64,000 nucleotides of DNA from positions 27,423 through 91,422 of the forward strand of contig JAQURC010000003.1 of the NCBI GenBank assembly GCA_028715785.1, read 5' to 3'. The notes below the pieces were generated by a model. The model did no database searches and was not told the origin of the DNA. It saw only the letters and a list, made by a program, of their open reading frames with translations. This DNA comes from Candidatus Omnitrophota bacterium (GTDB lineage: Bacteria > Omnitrophota > Gorgyraeia > Gygaellales > Profunditerraquicolaceae). A program made the translations under genes and the position numbers. This document shows positions 40,752 to 51,320 of this stretch, piece by piece; position 1 is the first letter of the stretch, and each line of letters starts with the position of its first letter.

Positions 40752-40778
40752 GGAATTACATAGACTGTCTATAATTAT
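40752..40778. promoter_or_regulatory. Family F palindromic motif (ATAATTATAGACAGTCTATGTAATTCC in gene sense) about 35-60 nt upstream of the SDR gene start at 40720
   Basis: One of four copies of the (A/G)TAGACAGTNTA(C/T)GTAATTC motif, each just upstream of a gene start. Confidence 0.45.
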
Positions 40779-41814
40779 CGTGAATTTGTTTGATTGTTTC
40801 TTCGATACCAAACTTGTAATTCCAGTTCGGATAATGTGATTTAAATTTAGAGACATCGCTGATCCACCAGATGTGGTCGCCGATACGGTTGGTATCAATA
40901 TACTCATACTCAAACTGTTCCCCGGTAAGTTTTTCGCAAATTTCGATTGCCTCTAAAACCGACACATTGGCAAACCTGCTTCCTCCAATATTATAAACCT
41001 CTCCGGAGCGGGGATTCTTAAAATAGTGATAAAACGCGTTAACCAAATCAAATGAGTGGATATTATCCCTGACCTGTTTTCCTTTATAACCGAAGATCTT
41101 GTATATCCTTCTGGTAATGGCGCATTTAACCAGATATGATAAAAATCCGTGCAGTTCGGCTCCGGAATGCGCCGGTCCGGTAAGACAGCCGCCGCGAAAT
41201 ATGCCTGTTTTAAGATGAAAGTATCTTCCATACTCTTGAACCATTACGTCCGCGGCAACTTTGGAGGCGCCAAAAACTGAATGCAAACAATTATCGATGC
41301 TCATGGTCTCATCGATACCATTATAATATTTATGGTCGCTGGCTATTTCAAAACGCTTTTCTTTTTCAATTAAGGGCAGGCGGTTAGGGGTATCGCCATA
41401 GACTTTATTGGTGGAGGTAAAAATAAAAACTGCCTGCGGGCAGAACCGGCGCAGCGCCTCAAGCAAGACCAAAGTTCCGACCGCGTTTACGCCGAAATCC
41501 ACTGCCGGATCTTTTGCCGCCCAATCATGAGAAGGCTGGGCCGCGGCATGGACAACCAAGGCGATATCCTTGTTAAACTTCTTGAATATGTGATTTATTT
41601 TATGCCGGGAACGGATATCTACGGAATAATGCCGGTAGTTCTTATACTGTTTCTGGAGGCGCTGCTTGTTCCAAAGGATTGAACCGTCTTGGCCAAAAAA
41701 ACTTTTACGCATATTATTATCCATGCCGACGATATCAAAACCTTTTTCAGCAAAAAAAGTGACGGTTTCAGAGCCGATTAAGCCGCATGAGCCTGTTACG
41801 ATAACAACTGACAT
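40756..41814 (-). CDS. NAD-dependent sugar-nucleotide epimerase (SDR, CDP-paratose 2-epimerase-like)
   Basis: [21 protein letters not shown] YxxxK region. Confidence 0.7.
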   Translation of the reverse strand: MSVVIVTGSCGLIGSETVTFFAEKGFDIVGMDNNMRKSFFGQDGSILWNKQRLQKQYKNYRHYSVDIRSRHKINHIFKKFNKDIALVVHAAAQPSHDWAAKDPAVDFGVNAVGTLVLLEALRRFCPQAVFIFTSTNKVYGDTPNRLPLIEKEKRFEIASDHKYYNGIDETMSIDNCLHSVFGASKVAADVMVQEYGRYFHLKTGIFRGGCLTGPAHSGAELHGFLSYLVKCAITRRIYKIFGYKGKQVRDNIHSFDLVNAFYHYFKNPRSGEVYNIGGSRFANVSVLEAIEICEKLTGEQFEYEYIDTNRIGDHIWWISDVSKFKSHYPNWNYKFGIEETIKQIHDNYRQSM

Positions 41815-41832
41815 ATTATTCCTTTCCCATCC

Positions 41833-41853
41833 ATAGACAGTTTACGTAATTCC
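41833..41853. promoter_or_regulatory. Family F motif copy (ATAGACAGTTTACGTAATTCC) 20-40 nt upstream of the SDR gene start at 41814
   Basis: Read directly. Confidence 0.45.
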
Positions 41854-41906
41854 ATCAAAGATAAACAGTTACATAAGAAATACTTCGAATGAATTAGGGA
41901 ATATTT

Positions 41907-42926
41907 CTATTTATTATACAGTTTATTAATATCCCCGAGTTTGCTCTTAAGCCACCCCTGATGCTTAAGCGACCAGTCCACAGTAAACTTAAGTCCTTGC
42001 GCGAGTTTAACAATCGGACGCCAACCGAGTTTTTGATAAAGCTTTTTGGAGTCCAAGCTATATCTTATATCATGGCCTAAACGATCCTTAACAAATTCAA
42101 ACCTGTCCTGGCTGACACCCAGGGTTCTTAGCAATAACTTGACTGTGTCAATATTCTTACTTTCGCAAGCGCTGCCTAAATTATAAATCTGGCCCGTTGC
42201 GCCTTTATTCATAACCGCCAAAATTCCTCTGGCGCAATCATCAACATAAAGCCATTCACGCACATTTAGCCCTTTGCCGTAAACCGGAACCTTACCGCAT
42301 CCTATTATTTTCAAGATCGCCAGCGGGATCAACTTCTCAGGATACTGCCATGGCCCGTAATTATTTGAGGGGCGGATGATTATCGCGGGAAATTTATAAG
42401 TCCTGATATACGACTGCGCCAGAAGGTCTGCTGCCGCTTTAGATGCCGCATAAGGACTGTTAGGCTTAACGGGAGAATTTTCGTCAAACTTGCCATTGGC
42501 AATTTCTCCGTAAACTTCATCGGTACTGATAAAAATAAATTTCTTTACCCCAAACTTACGGCTGGTATCCATAAGAATCTGCGTACCCTTAATATTGGTT
42601 TCAATAAACGGCGAGGCATCGTTAATACTGCGGTCAACGTGGCTCTCGGCGGCAAAATGCACGACGATATCCGGCTTTTCTCTAGCAAATATTGTTTCTA
42701 TCTGTTTTCTATTGCAAATATCGGTTTTATAAAATTTGAATTTTCCCTCCACCTCCGCAAGGCGCTTAAGGTCTCCTGCGTAAGTAAGTTTATCGGCTAT
42801 AATAACCGAGCCGTAGGGGAGGTTTAAACCTCCCCTACGGCAATCACCGAGAATAAGCCTCACAAAGGCGCTGCCGATAAACCCCGCGCCGCCGGTAACT
42901 AGGATTTTAGGTATTCTTTTACGCAT
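41907..42926 (-). CDS. rfbB: dTDP-glucose 4,6-dehydratase
   Basis: [16 protein letters not shown]...ADKLTYAGDL...FIFISTDEVYGE...SPYAASKAAADLL matches RfbB. Contains an in-frame palindromic insertion ([12 protein letters not shown]). Confidence 0.9.
   Translation of the reverse strand: MRKRIPKILVTGGAGFIGSAFVRLILGDCRRGGLNLPYGSVIIADKLTYAGDLKRLAEVEGKFKFYKTDICNRKQIETIFAREKPDIVVHFAAESHVDRSINDASPFIETNIKGTQILMDTSRKFGVKKFIFISTDEVYGEIANGKFDENSPVKPNSPYAASKAAADLLAQSYIRTYKFPAIIIRPSNNYGPWQYPEKLIPLAILKIIGCGKVPVYGKGLNVREWLYVDDCARGILAVMNKGATGQIYNLGSACESKNIDTVKLLLRTLGVSQDRFEFVKDRLGHDIRYSLDSKKLYQKLGWRPIVKLAQGLKFTVDWSLKHQGWLKSKLGDINKLYNK
42811..42840. repeat. Family C perfect 30-nt palindrome CCGTAGGGGAGGTTTAAACCTCCCCTACGG, in frame inside rfbB
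   Basis: Read directly. GTAG...CTAC ends around a GTTTAAAC core. Flanked by ...ACCGAG on both sides. Confidence 0.65.
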
Positions 42927-43720
42927 TCTTCTAAAACTGAATTAATATTCCTGGTTTTAAAACCGGTTTTCTCAAGCTTGGTTGTGGACAAAATCAGGTT
43001 GGTCCTGGCTAAACCCAGCTTTTTTAAAGCAACCACTTTGAATTTAAATCCCGGAACGTATCTTTGATAAACCTTCATAAGCTCAGGGTAACGCAAGCCG
43101 CCTTTGTTTACCACGTTATATACCCCTTTAGCGTCAATTTTGAGCAAATGTTTAACCGCATTGACAAAATCAGGGATATAGGTTACAGAGTTGGGGATAT
43201 CAATCACTTTCTTGTATTTTATAAGTTTATCCAACACATTCTTAGGGTGTTTGGCATTAAGCAGGGGTATGCGGATCCTCGGAATAAGTATATTGTAATC
43301 CCGGGCAAGCGCCTCAAGCGCCCTTTCCGCATATATTTTGCTGCGGCTGTAGAATAACCCGAAGAAATAATCCCGGCTGTCTTCTTTTATCGGCTTGTTT
43401 TTCCTATAATCGTAATTAAAGATACACCCGCTGCTTATATGCACAAGCTTGATGTTGTTGCGCAGGCATATTTCAGCCAGGATTACCGGGACAAAACTAT
43501 TTGCCAACAATGTTGTGTCTTTTTCCAGCTCACAGTCATCAACATTGCGCCTGCCGGTAATACCGATGCAATTAATGATTATTTTTGGGTTGTATTTCTT
43601 AACCAGCTTTTCGGCATCGCTAAAATAATTGATCATTGAGCCATCAATCCTGCAATCAAGTTCTTTTTGCAGCCTTTGGCCGATAAATCCTTCCCCTAAA
43701 ATTAAAATATTATTATGCAT
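42899..43720 (-). CDS. dTDP-4-dehydrorhamnose reductase-like SDR (RmlD family)
   Basis: 273 aa. [11 protein letters not shown] Rossmann motif and YSRSKIYAE YxxxK. Adjacent to rfbA and rfbB. Confidence 0.6.
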   Translation of the reverse strand: MHNNILILGEGFIGQRLQKELDCRIDGSMINYFSDAEKLVKKYNPKIIINCIGITGRRNVDDCELEKDTTLLANSFVPVILAEICLRNNIKLVHISSGCIFNYDYRKNKPIKEDSRDYFFGLFYSRSKIYAERALEALARDYNILIPRIRIPLLNAKHPKNVLDKLIKYKKVIDIPNSVTYIPDFVNAVKHLLKIDAKGVYNVVNKGGLRYPELMKVYQRYVPGFKFKVVALKKLGLARTNLILSTTKLEKTGFKTRNINSVLEECVKEYLKS

Positions 43721-44579
43721 CCTTAAGCAGATCCTTCAAGTATTGCCCATAGCTGGTTGGTGTATGGCCGGCAAGCTTTAGCAATTGCGTTTTATTAATA
43801 TACCCCATGCGATAGGCCACTTCTTCAATACAACCAATCTTTAATCCCTGCCTGTCTTCAATTGTCTTAATAAAAACCGAGGCATCAATTAAAGACTCAA
43901 ATGTTCCGGTATCTAACCAGGCATGGCCGCGGCCGAGAAATTTTAATTTAAGCTTACCCTCTTTAATATACTCGTTATTTACCGCAGTGATTTCAAGTTC
44001 GCCCCTTTTAGATGGCTTAATCTTTTTAGCAATGTTTACCACGTCATTATCATAAAAATATATCCCTGAAACTGCCCAGTTAGACCTGGGTCTCTTCGGC
44101 TTCTCTGCTATCGCGATTACCCTGCATTTCTTATCAAATTCAAGGACGCCATAGCGCCGAGGATCCTTAACATAATAACCGAAAATTATTCCGCCTTTTT
44201 TTAGCTTAGCCGATTGCTGAAGTAACCTTGTAAGGTCCTGGCCGTAAAATATATTATCCCCTAAAATAAGGCATACCTTATCGGAACCGATAAATTCCTC
44301 GCCGATTATAAAGCTCTGGGCAATGCCTTTTGGCTCGGGTTGAGTCGCATAAGTAAGCTTGATCCCTAAGCTGTGGCCATCGTCAAGAAGATCTTTAAAT
44401 CTTGGGGTGTCTTTTGGAGTTGAAATTATCAGGATATCGCGTATACCGGCAAGCATTAAAACCGATAAAGGATAATAAACCATCGGTTTGTCGTAAATCG
44501 GCAGTAACTGCTTGCAAACGCTTTTAGTGATTGGATAAAGCCGGGTGGCTTTACCGCCGGCCAGAATTATCCCCTTCAT
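43713..44579 (-). CDS. rfbA: Glucose-1-phosphate thymidylyltransferase
   Basis: [54 protein letters not shown] is canonical RmlA. Start placed at this Met. The 12-codon upstream extension in the ORF track reads through a palindrome and is probably not translated. Confidence 0.9.
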   Translation of the reverse strand: MKGIILAGGKATRLYPITKSVCKQLLPIYDKPMVYYPLSVLMLAGIRDILIISTPKDTPRFKDLLDDGHSLGIKLTYATQPEPKGIAQSFIIGEEFIGSDKVCLILGDNIFYGQDLTRLLQQSAKLKKGGIIFGYYVKDPRRYGVLEFDKKCRVIAIAEKPKRPRSNWAVSGIYFYDNDVVNIAKKIKPSKRGELEITAVNNEYIKEGKLKLKFLGRGHAWLDTGTFESLIDASVFIKTIEDRQGLKIGCIEEVAYRMGYINKTQLLKLAGHTPTSYGQYLKDLLKDA

Positions 44580-44583
44580 CCGG

Positions 44584-44859
44584 CTACCCCTCCTGCCTGC
44601 CGGCAGGCAGGCCATATTTAAAATATAAAAATATTAATATCGATAAACTCACTAAAGTTACCGCGTTTGCCAATATGATTATCGGATCCTTGCGGGAAAT
44701 CCCGTAAATTATCCACAGTAAAACGCCGGCAGAAAGTTGGAACAGCATAACCGGGCTGACATCTTTAACAGACCGCATCCGTATAGACCTGGCTATCTGC
44801 GGAATGAAGGAAAACGTGGTTAAAGTGGCGGCAATTGCACCAATCAGCGTCCAAAACAT
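44584..44859 (-). CDS. SemiSWEET-family sugar transporter (PQ-loop, 3 TM)
   Basis: 91 aa. [19 protein letters not shown]-loop motif. [26 protein letters not shown] closely resembles known bacterial SemiSWEETs. The C-terminal tail GLPAGRQEG is a read-through of a 20-nt palindrome. Confidence 0.7.
   Translation of the reverse strand: MFWTLIGAIAATLTTFSFIPQIARSIRMRSVKDVSPVMLFQLSAGVLLWIIYGISRKDPIIILANAVTLVSLSILIFLYFKYGLPAGRQEG
44590..44609. repeat. Perfect 20-nt palindrome CCTGCCTGCCGGCAGGCAGG between the SemiSWEET and rfbA genes
   Basis: Read directly. Confidence 0.6.
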
Positions 44860-44900
44860 AATTAATGATTATATCTCTAAACCCCTGAAAAATAAAGGTA

Positions 44901-44926
44901 ATAATTATAGACAGTGTACGTAATTC
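44901..44926. promoter_or_regulatory. Family F motif copy (ATAATTATAGACAGTGTACGTAATTC) upstream of the SemiSWEET start and downstream of RAYT; the sense strand contains TATAAT
   Basis: Read directly. Inverted relative to the F copy on the other side of the RAYT gene. Confidence 0.45.
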
Positions 44927-44942
44927 TATTAAAGTTAGATGG

Positions 44943-45629
44943 TTACGAAACAAATATTGCGGCTTTCCGGCCTTGCCTTCTCGGAAAATAATGCGCGCCT
45001 GTCTTCACCAGCCTGCGCAAGAAATCTTGATCACCGCGAGGAATCTCTATATTCGAGAAATAGGCCTCCTTTTTATTATCAAAAACACTCAAGAATTCTT
45101 TATAAGCTGCCTGCCGTCCAACAGCCTCTTTTCCGAAATCTTCAAAATCAGGGCTAACCCGCGTTATGCCATCCTCTTGCCCCAAACAATAAAATCGCGC
45201 ACTACTATGCGCATATTCACAGGCCTCTATAACCATCCCCGCGCGCACCGGATTTCTCTCTACATATCTGCCGCAATTTTTCAAATACAAATCCTTTTGT
45301 ATCGGCTGCAATTTAAACCTGCCTTGCCATAAAAAACCCACTGCGTTATATTGCTTATGGTAATAATGGCTATACGCCCGATGTAATCCTGCCATAAATT
45401 TCGAAATTAGCTCCGGGTATTCAAATTCAACCACAAGATGGTAATGATTTGGCATAATGACCCAATGATATATTTTTGCATCAAACCTATTGCTATACTC
45501 GCAAAGCAGCCTCTCGAAATGACCAAAATCCTCAGATTCTTGGAAAATTACTTTGCGCCCACTGCTTCGGCTAAACGCATGATAAACTAATGATTGTTGC
45601 AACTGATGCTTACGCGCGTACGATGGCAT
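44943..45629 (-). CDS. IS200/IS605-like HuH tyrosine transposase of REP-associated (RAYT) type
   Basis: HuH motif VIMPNHYHLVVEF. C-terminal AHSSARFY region resembles the RAYT catalytic Tyr/HSS signature. Single gene with no tnpB, flanked by inverted family F motifs. Confidence 0.7.
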   Translation of the reverse strand: MPSYARKHQLQQSLVYHAFSRSSGRKVIFQESEDFGHFERLLCEYSNRFDAKIYHWVIMPNHYHLVVEFEYPELISKFMAGLHRAYSHYYHKQYNAVGFLWQGRFKLQPIQKDLYLKNCGRYVERNPVRAGMVIEACEYAHSSARFYCLGQEDGITRVSPDFEDFGKEAVGRQAAYKEFLSVFDNKKEAYFSNIEIPRGDQDFLRRLVKTGAHYFPRRQGRKAAIFVS

Positions 45630-45736
45630 TGCCTTTTCTCCTTCTGTTACAACTGACGCAGAAGATAGAAAAATCTAACAATATTTATTTTAGGAGAAAA
45701 TATTTCTTACAGATATGATTGGGGAATATAGGGTTA

Positions 45737-45753
45737 GGTAAACTGTCTACAAG
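45737..45753. promoter_or_regulatory. Family F motif partial copy (sense CTTGTAGACAGTTTACC) upstream of RAYT, in inverted orientation to the copy at 44901
   Basis: Read directly. Confidence 0.4.
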
Positions 45754-45775
45754 ATAAGTTTTTAGAATTTTAAGA

Positions 45776-46942
45776 TTAAATTCTAATCTTTAAAAATCTG
45801 CGGGAACCGGCCTTGAGGATGCCGGCTTCAGCCGGGACAAAATCGTCTTTTTCGATTTTTACGTTGTTAAAGCTGACTGCCCCCTGTTTTATCAGCCTGC
45901 GCGCCTCATTACCGCTGGCCGCTAAGTTACTTTCGGTAAGAATAACTAAAATGGTTTTCCTGCCATCAGTTTTAAAGACAGGCATATCTTGAGGAGTTTC
46001 TTTTTGGGAAAAAACGCGGGAAAATTCTTCCGCTTCTTTTTCCGCGGCCCCGGCAGAGTGGTATTGAGTGATAATAATCTTGGCCAAATTAATTTTTGCA
46101 TCTTTTGGATGCATCTGCCTGACTTTAGCTAAATCCTCATCGGTCAACAATTCATAATATTTAAACATCATCTCGTCGGAGATTGACATGATTTTACCGA
46201 ATATCTCTTTAGCCGGTTCATTAATGCCGATATAATTACCGCAAGACTTGCTCATTTTCTGGATGCCATCGGTGCCTTCTAAGAGCGGCATGGTCAGAAC
46301 CACCTGCTGCGGCTGGTTGAAATCTTTTTGGAATTCTCTTCCTACCAGCAAATTAAATATCTGGTCCGTTCCGCCGATTTCCACGTCAGCCTCAAGCATG
46401 ACCGAATCATAACCCTGCATTAGAGGATAAACAAACTCTAAAATCGAAATATTTTCTCCGTTTGTAAAACGTTTCTTAAAATCATCACGGGCCAGCATTT
46501 GGGAAACCGAAGCGTGGGTAGTAAGCTGCAGCATTTGGACCCCTGACATTTTTTCAAACCATTTGCTGTTAAAAACTATTTTGAGCTTGCGCATATCCAG
46601 GATCTTAGCTACCTGCTTCTTGTAGGTTTGGGCGTTGGCGGCCACCTCCTGTCTGGTGAGTTGTTTTCTGATTTCCGAGCGGCCGCTGGGATCCCCGATC
46701 CTGCCGGTAAAATCGCCGATAAGAAAATAAACTTCATGCCCTAAATCCTGGAATTGACGCAGCTTTCTTAAGAGCACGGTATGGCCCAGATGTAAATCCG
46801 GCGCGGTAGGATCAAACCCGGCTTTAATTTTTAAGGGGCGCTTAGTTTTAATGCTCTGCTCCAGCTTCTTACGAAGCTCATCTTCAGAGATTATCTCTAC
46901 GGCGCCACGCTTCATAATATCTAATTGCTTTTCGATATCCAT
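45776..46942 (-). CDS. tyrS: Tyrosine--tRNA ligase
   Basis: [23 protein letters not shown]-region and KMSKS motif. C-terminal S4-like domain. Confidence 0.95.
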   Translation of the reverse strand: MDIEKQLDIMKRGAVEIISEDELRKKLEQSIKTKRPLKIKAGFDPTAPDLHLGHTVLLRKLRQFQDLGHEVYFLIGDFTGRIGDPSGRSEIRKQLTRQEVAANAQTYKKQVAKILDMRKLKIVFNSKWFEKMSGVQMLQLTTHASVSQMLARDDFKKRFTNGENISILEFVYPLMQGYDSVMLEADVEIGGTDQIFNLLVGREFQKDFNQPQQVVLTMPLLEGTDGIQKMSKSCGNYIGINEPAKEIFGKIMSISDEMMFKYYELLTDEDLAKVRQMHPKDAKINLAKIIITQYHSAGAAEKEAEEFSRVFSQKETPQDMPVFKTDGRKTILVILTESNLAASGNEARRLIKQGAVSFNNVKIEKDDFVPAEAGILKAGSRRFLKIRI

Positions 46943-46954
46943 AGTTATCCACAG

Positions 46955-46982
46955 CCGTAGGGGAGGTTTAAACCTCCCCTAC
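46955..46982. repeat. Family C palindrome copy (CCGTAGGGGAGGTTTAAACCTCCCCTAC), intergenic between rpsA and tyrS
   Basis: Identical core to the copy inside rfbB. Confidence 0.65.
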
Positions 46983-46989
46983 ATATTCA

Positions 46990-48531
46990 TTATAAACGGG
47001 CTGTCAGGCCGATTTTTGCCTGCTCCACATCCACTTTGATTACCTTAACCTTGATTTTATCGCCGGGTTTTAAATTGGCGGCTGTTTCTTTTTCGATCTC
47101 GCTGGAATAAATCAAGCCTTCCAGTTCGCTGTCGATCTTGGCAAATACGCCGAATTCGGTAAGGCTGGATACCTCCACCTCCAATTGCGTATCCAAAGGA
47201 TATTTCTCGGCGATTTTTGGCCAGGGATTCTCCTGCAGTTGCTTTAAACCTAAAGCGATCCTGCGGTTGGCAGAATCAACCGAAAGAATGGAAACATCCA
47301 CCTTCTGCCCCTTTTTTAAAACATCCTGCGGATGGCCGATCCTTCTGGTCCAGGAAATATCGGAAACATGGATCATGCCTTCCAAGTTAGAATCCAGCTC
47401 CACAAACGCCCCATACTCGGTAAAACCGCGGACCTTGCCGGATACGCTTGTGCCAACCGGATATTTTGATTCCGCTTCCAGCCAGGGGTTCTGCTCCAGT
47501 TGTTTCAAGCTAAGGGAGATCCTGCGGGAATCTTTTTCGATGCTCAAGATCTGGGTTTCCACCATATCGCCTACGGCAAACATCTCGCCCGGGTTATTCA
47601 CCCGCTTGGTCCAGGAGATCTCGGAAACATGAATAAGGCCTTCAATGCCTTTTTCCAGTTCCACGAAAACTCCGTAAGGCAGGATATTGACTACCTTGCC
47701 TTTTACCTTTGAGCCGACGCTGAATTTGTTCTCGATATCCTTCCATGGATCAGAAAGCCTCTGCTTCAGGCCCAAAGAAACTTTACCCGAAGCCTGGTCG
47801 AGATTTAAGATCATCACTTCGATCTTATCGCCGATAGCCACGATCTCGGAAGGATGGCTGATCTTTGACCAGGACATATCCGTAATATGCAGCAGGCCGT
47901 CAAGGCCGCCTAAATCAATAAAGGCGCCGAAGTCGGTAATCGCTTTGACCAGGCCGGGATAAATATTGCCGATCTTCAATTCGCCCCAAATCTTGCTTTT
48001 AGCCACATCCCTGTCCGCCTGCACTGCTTCGCGGCGGCTGACAATGATGGAACGGCGCAGGTTATTGACTTTAACGATCTTAAATTTGAATATCTTATAT
48101 AAGATATCCTTATCGGCCATATTGCGGAAAGAGGAAAGCGAACTGGGCAGGAACCCTTCGATACCCATAATATCGACCAGGAATCCGCCTTTGACTTTCT
48201 TGACCGGCTTGCCTTCAACCAAAGTGCCGTCATTGGATAATTTAACGATTTTATCCCAGCCTTGCATGCGCATGGCTTTTTCGCGCGAGAGGGTCATAAC
48301 GCCGGCGTCATTTTCCATGCTTTCCAGCAAAAACTCCATCTCTTTACCGACGGCTAAATCCGCGGCGCTGAATTCGGTAATCGCAACTATGCCTTCGGAT
48401 TTAAAACCCACATCCACCAGGACCTCTTTACTCTTGATTTCGACGATCTTGCCGGTTACAACCTGGCCTTCCTTCAAAACCTTGATACTTTGATTGTACA
48501 TCTGCTCTAATTCTGCTCTAGTATCCGACAT
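46990..48531 (-). CDS. rpsA: 30S ribosomal protein S1
   Basis: Six tandem S1 domains with recurring GxV.G.V......FGAFV motifs. Confidence 0.9.
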   Translation of the reverse strand: MSDTRAELEQMYNQSIKVLKEGQVVTGKIVEIKSKEVLVDVGFKSEGIVAITEFSAADLAVGKEMEFLLESMENDAGVMTLSREKAMRMQGWDKIVKLSNDGTLVEGKPVKKVKGGFLVDIMGIEGFLPSSLSSFRNMADKDILYKIFKFKIVKVNNLRRSIIVSRREAVQADRDVAKSKIWGELKIGNIYPGLVKAITDFGAFIDLGGLDGLLHITDMSWSKISHPSEIVAIGDKIEVMILNLDQASGKVSLGLKQRLSDPWKDIENKFSVGSKVKGKVVNILPYGVFVELEKGIEGLIHVSEISWTKRVNNPGEMFAVGDMVETQILSIEKDSRRISLSLKQLEQNPWLEAESKYPVGTSVSGKVRGFTEYGAFVELDSNLEGMIHVSDISWTRRIGHPQDVLKKGQKVDVSILSVDSANRRIALGLKQLQENPWPKIAEKYPLDTQLEVEVSSLTEFGVFAKIDSELEGLIYSSEIEKETAANLKPGDKIKVKVIKVDVEQAKIGLTARL

Positions 48532-48564
48532 TTCTAATTACTTCCTTTCTTTATATTTTATATT

Positions 48565-48646
48565 GTGTCATTGCGAGCCCTGAAAGGGCGAAGCAATCTA
48601 TCTTTTATGAGATTGCCGCGTCGCCTTTGGCTCCTCGCAATGACAC
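48565..48646. repeat. REPIN-like doublet: two family B copies in inverted orientation (48565-48598 plus strand, 48611-48646 minus strand) separated by 12 nt
   Basis: GTGTCATTGCGAGCCCTGAAAGGGCGAAGCAATC ... GATTGCCGCGTCGCCTTTGGCTCCTCGCAATGACAC. Intergenic between plsC and rpsA. Confidence 0.65.
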
Positions 48647-48651
48647 TACTT

Positions 48652-49248
48652 TTAATTAACCGATAACTGTTTGATGCTGGCCATTATCATATTCGAAATT
48701 TCCTGATAAGGCTTCCCCCTTTCTATATGAATTTCTTGACCGAAGCGGACTAAAATCTTCCTGCCAAAATTAATCTTCCTGTTGACTCCCTTAGGCAGCG
48801 CTTCGTATGTCCCTGAAACATAAGCCGGAATAACCGGCACATTTGCTTTATCCGCCAAGAATCCTGCTCCCGGCTCCGGATTAATAAATGCTTTATCAAT
48901 GGGCCGGCGCGCCCCTTCCGGAAAAATCGCCAAGCCCTCTCCGCCGCGGGCCAAGCGCAATGACTTCTTTAACGCCGCAAAATCCGCCCTGCCTCTTTTT
49001 ACCGGAATTACCCCTACCGATTTCATCCAAAAACCTAAAAACCGGTTATTAAATAAAGTGTCGCGCGCCATAAAATGCACGGAGCGCTTGCATCCTGAAC
49101 CCAAAGCAACCGGGTCCAGGTAACTTAAGTGATTACAGGCCAGAATGAATCCGCCTTTTTTGGGCAGGTTCTCCCTGCCCTCTACTTTAAAATCGAAAAA
49201 GAGTTTCAAAAAAACCAATAGTATGAACCTGCTGAATCTATACGCCAT
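48652..49248 (-). CDS. plsC: 1-acyl-sn-glycerol-3-phosphate acyltransferase
   Basis: ACNHLSYLDPVAL (HX4D) and FPEGAR motifs. Confidence 0.8.
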   Translation of the reverse strand: MAYRFSRFILLVFLKLFFDFKVEGRENLPKKGGFILACNHLSYLDPVALGSGCKRSVHFMARDTLFNNRFLGFWMKSVGVIPVKRGRADFAALKKSLRLARGGEGLAIFPEGARRPIDKAFINPEPGAGFLADKANVPVIPAYVSGTYEALPKGVNRKINFGRKILVRFGQEIHIERGKPYQEISNMIMASIKQLSVN

Positions 49249-50671
49249 CCTTTATAATAATCTCTTTGGCCAAAACAAGAAGTTTCTTGGCCTGAGCGAG
49301 GCTTTTTGCCTCGGCATAAGTGCGCATAATCGGCTCGGTGCCTGAACCGCGGAACATCAGCCAGCTTTGATCCTCGCAAGTAAGCTTTATCCCGTCGTAA
49401 TCTTTGATATCTATGACTTTTTTCCCTAATAATTCTTTGGGCAGGTTTTCTTTTTTGGGCTCAACGCGCTTATCCAGGTGAAAATCCTGGCGCACGTAAT
49501 AATATTTGCCGAATTTTTTTTCAGTTTCATTCAAGATCTTCAACATATTCTTATTGCGGTAAACCATCATTTCGATCAAAAGCAGCCCTGCCATTGTCCC
49601 GTCGCGCTCGGGGATATAGCCTTTGACCCCCATACCGCCGGCCTCTTCTCCTCCGGCTACGATATCCTCGGTCTCCATAAGATTGGAAATATATTTAAAA
49701 CCTACGGGAGTCTCGTACAGTTTAATTCCCAAAAATTTTGCGATATTGTCCATCATCGTCGAGCCGCAGATAGTTTTAACCAATCCGCCGCTAAAACGGC
49801 GGTCCTGGTTTAAATGCAACGCAAGCAGCCCTAAAATTTTCTGCGGATGGATAAACACGCCGCCGGGGGCAACCGCGGCAATCCTGTCGGCATCGCCGTC
49901 AAGGGCGATACCTAAATCAAATTTCTCTTTCTTTACGCGCGCCTTTAATTCCTCCAAGTTATCTTCCACCGGCTCCGGCCTGCCTCCCCCGAAAGAAGGA
50001 TTAATGGTATTGCGCATGAACTCTAGCCTTATCTTGGTGCCCTTAAGCACCTGGGCGATAAAACTGTCTCCTGAACCATACATCGAATCCACTAAAACCT
50101 TGAATTTTTTATTCTTTATTTTCTTTAAATCAATATAATTGCGGATAAACTTTATGTAATCTTTGATGATGTCCACGGCTTCAATGGAGCCGGCCGGAGC
50201 AGTTTCTTTTACCGGGTTCTTGCCCAGGAGCCCTTCCACCTCTTTAGTCAGCTCGGAGCTGGCTCCGCCGCCGCTGGAGTTCTTGATTTTAAAACCATTA
50301 TATTCGGCCGGGTTATGCGAAGCGGTAATCATGACCCCTAAATCCAGCTTGCGCGACTTAATCGCGAAACTCAATGCCGGAGTAGGCGTGGGCCGGTCGG
50401 AAAGAATCACGTCTATATCGTTACTTTTTAATACCATGGCTGCGGCCAGGGCGAACTTATCCGACATAAAACGCGTGTCAAAACCAACCGCGGCCTTTTT
50501 ACCGGCGCCTAAATAATCCGCCACGGCCTGGGCCAGGATCTTAACGTTTTCCAGGGTATAAGTGTCGGCGATAATTGCACGCCATCCGTCGGTGCCGAAT
50601 TTAATCTGCGCAACAGTATCACTCATCGCTATTTCTCCTTGTCCACGTGGACAACACCCGCGCAATTCCAA
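49238..50671 (-). CDS. Phosphoglucomutase/phosphomannomutase (alpha-D-phosphohexomutase family)
   Basis: GVMITASHNPAEYNGFK active-site serine loop. Confidence 0.85.
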   Translation of the reverse strand: MELRGCCPRGQGEIAMSDTVAQIKFGTDGWRAIIADTYTLENVKILAQAVADYLGAGKKAAVGFDTRFMSDKFALAAAMVLKSNDIDVILSDRPTPTPALSFAIKSRKLDLGVMITASHNPAEYNGFKIKNSSGGGASSELTKEVEGLLGKNPVKETAPAGSIEAVDIIKDYIKFIRNYIDLKKIKNKKFKVLVDSMYGSGDSFIAQVLKGTKIRLEFMRNTINPSFGGGRPEPVEDNLEELKARVKKEKFDLGIALDGDADRIAAVAPGGVFIHPQKILGLLALHLNQDRRFSGGLVKTICGSTMMDNIAKFLGIKLYETPVGFKYISNLMETEDIVAGGEEAGGMGVKGYIPERDGTMAGLLLIEMMVYRNKNMLKILNETEKKFGKYYYVRQDFHLDKRVEPKKENLPKELLGKKVIDIKDYDGIKLTCEDQSWLMFRGSGTEPIMRTYAEAKSLAQAKKLLVLAKEIIIKDGV

Positions 50672-50684
50672 TTAGCGCGGGGTG

Positions 50685-51316
<632 letters not shown>

Positions 51317-51320
<4 letters not shown>

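Noticed and set aside
40701-41231. Small minus-strand ORFs 40701..40913 and 40953..41231
   Set aside because: Alternative frames overlapping the 40756..41814 SDR gene. No motifs.
44580-44615. N-terminal extension [12 protein letters not shown] on rfbA in the ORF track
   Set aside because: The extension is the read-through of a 20-nt GC palindrome. Canonical RmlA begins at MKGIILAGG, so the start was moved to 44579.
45768-45800. AT-rich dyad TTTTAAGATTAAATTCTAATCTTTAAAAA near the tyrS stop, as a possible terminator or novel element
   Set aside because: It overlaps the tyrS stop codon and is low-complexity AT sequence. It is weakly supported and no second copy was seen.
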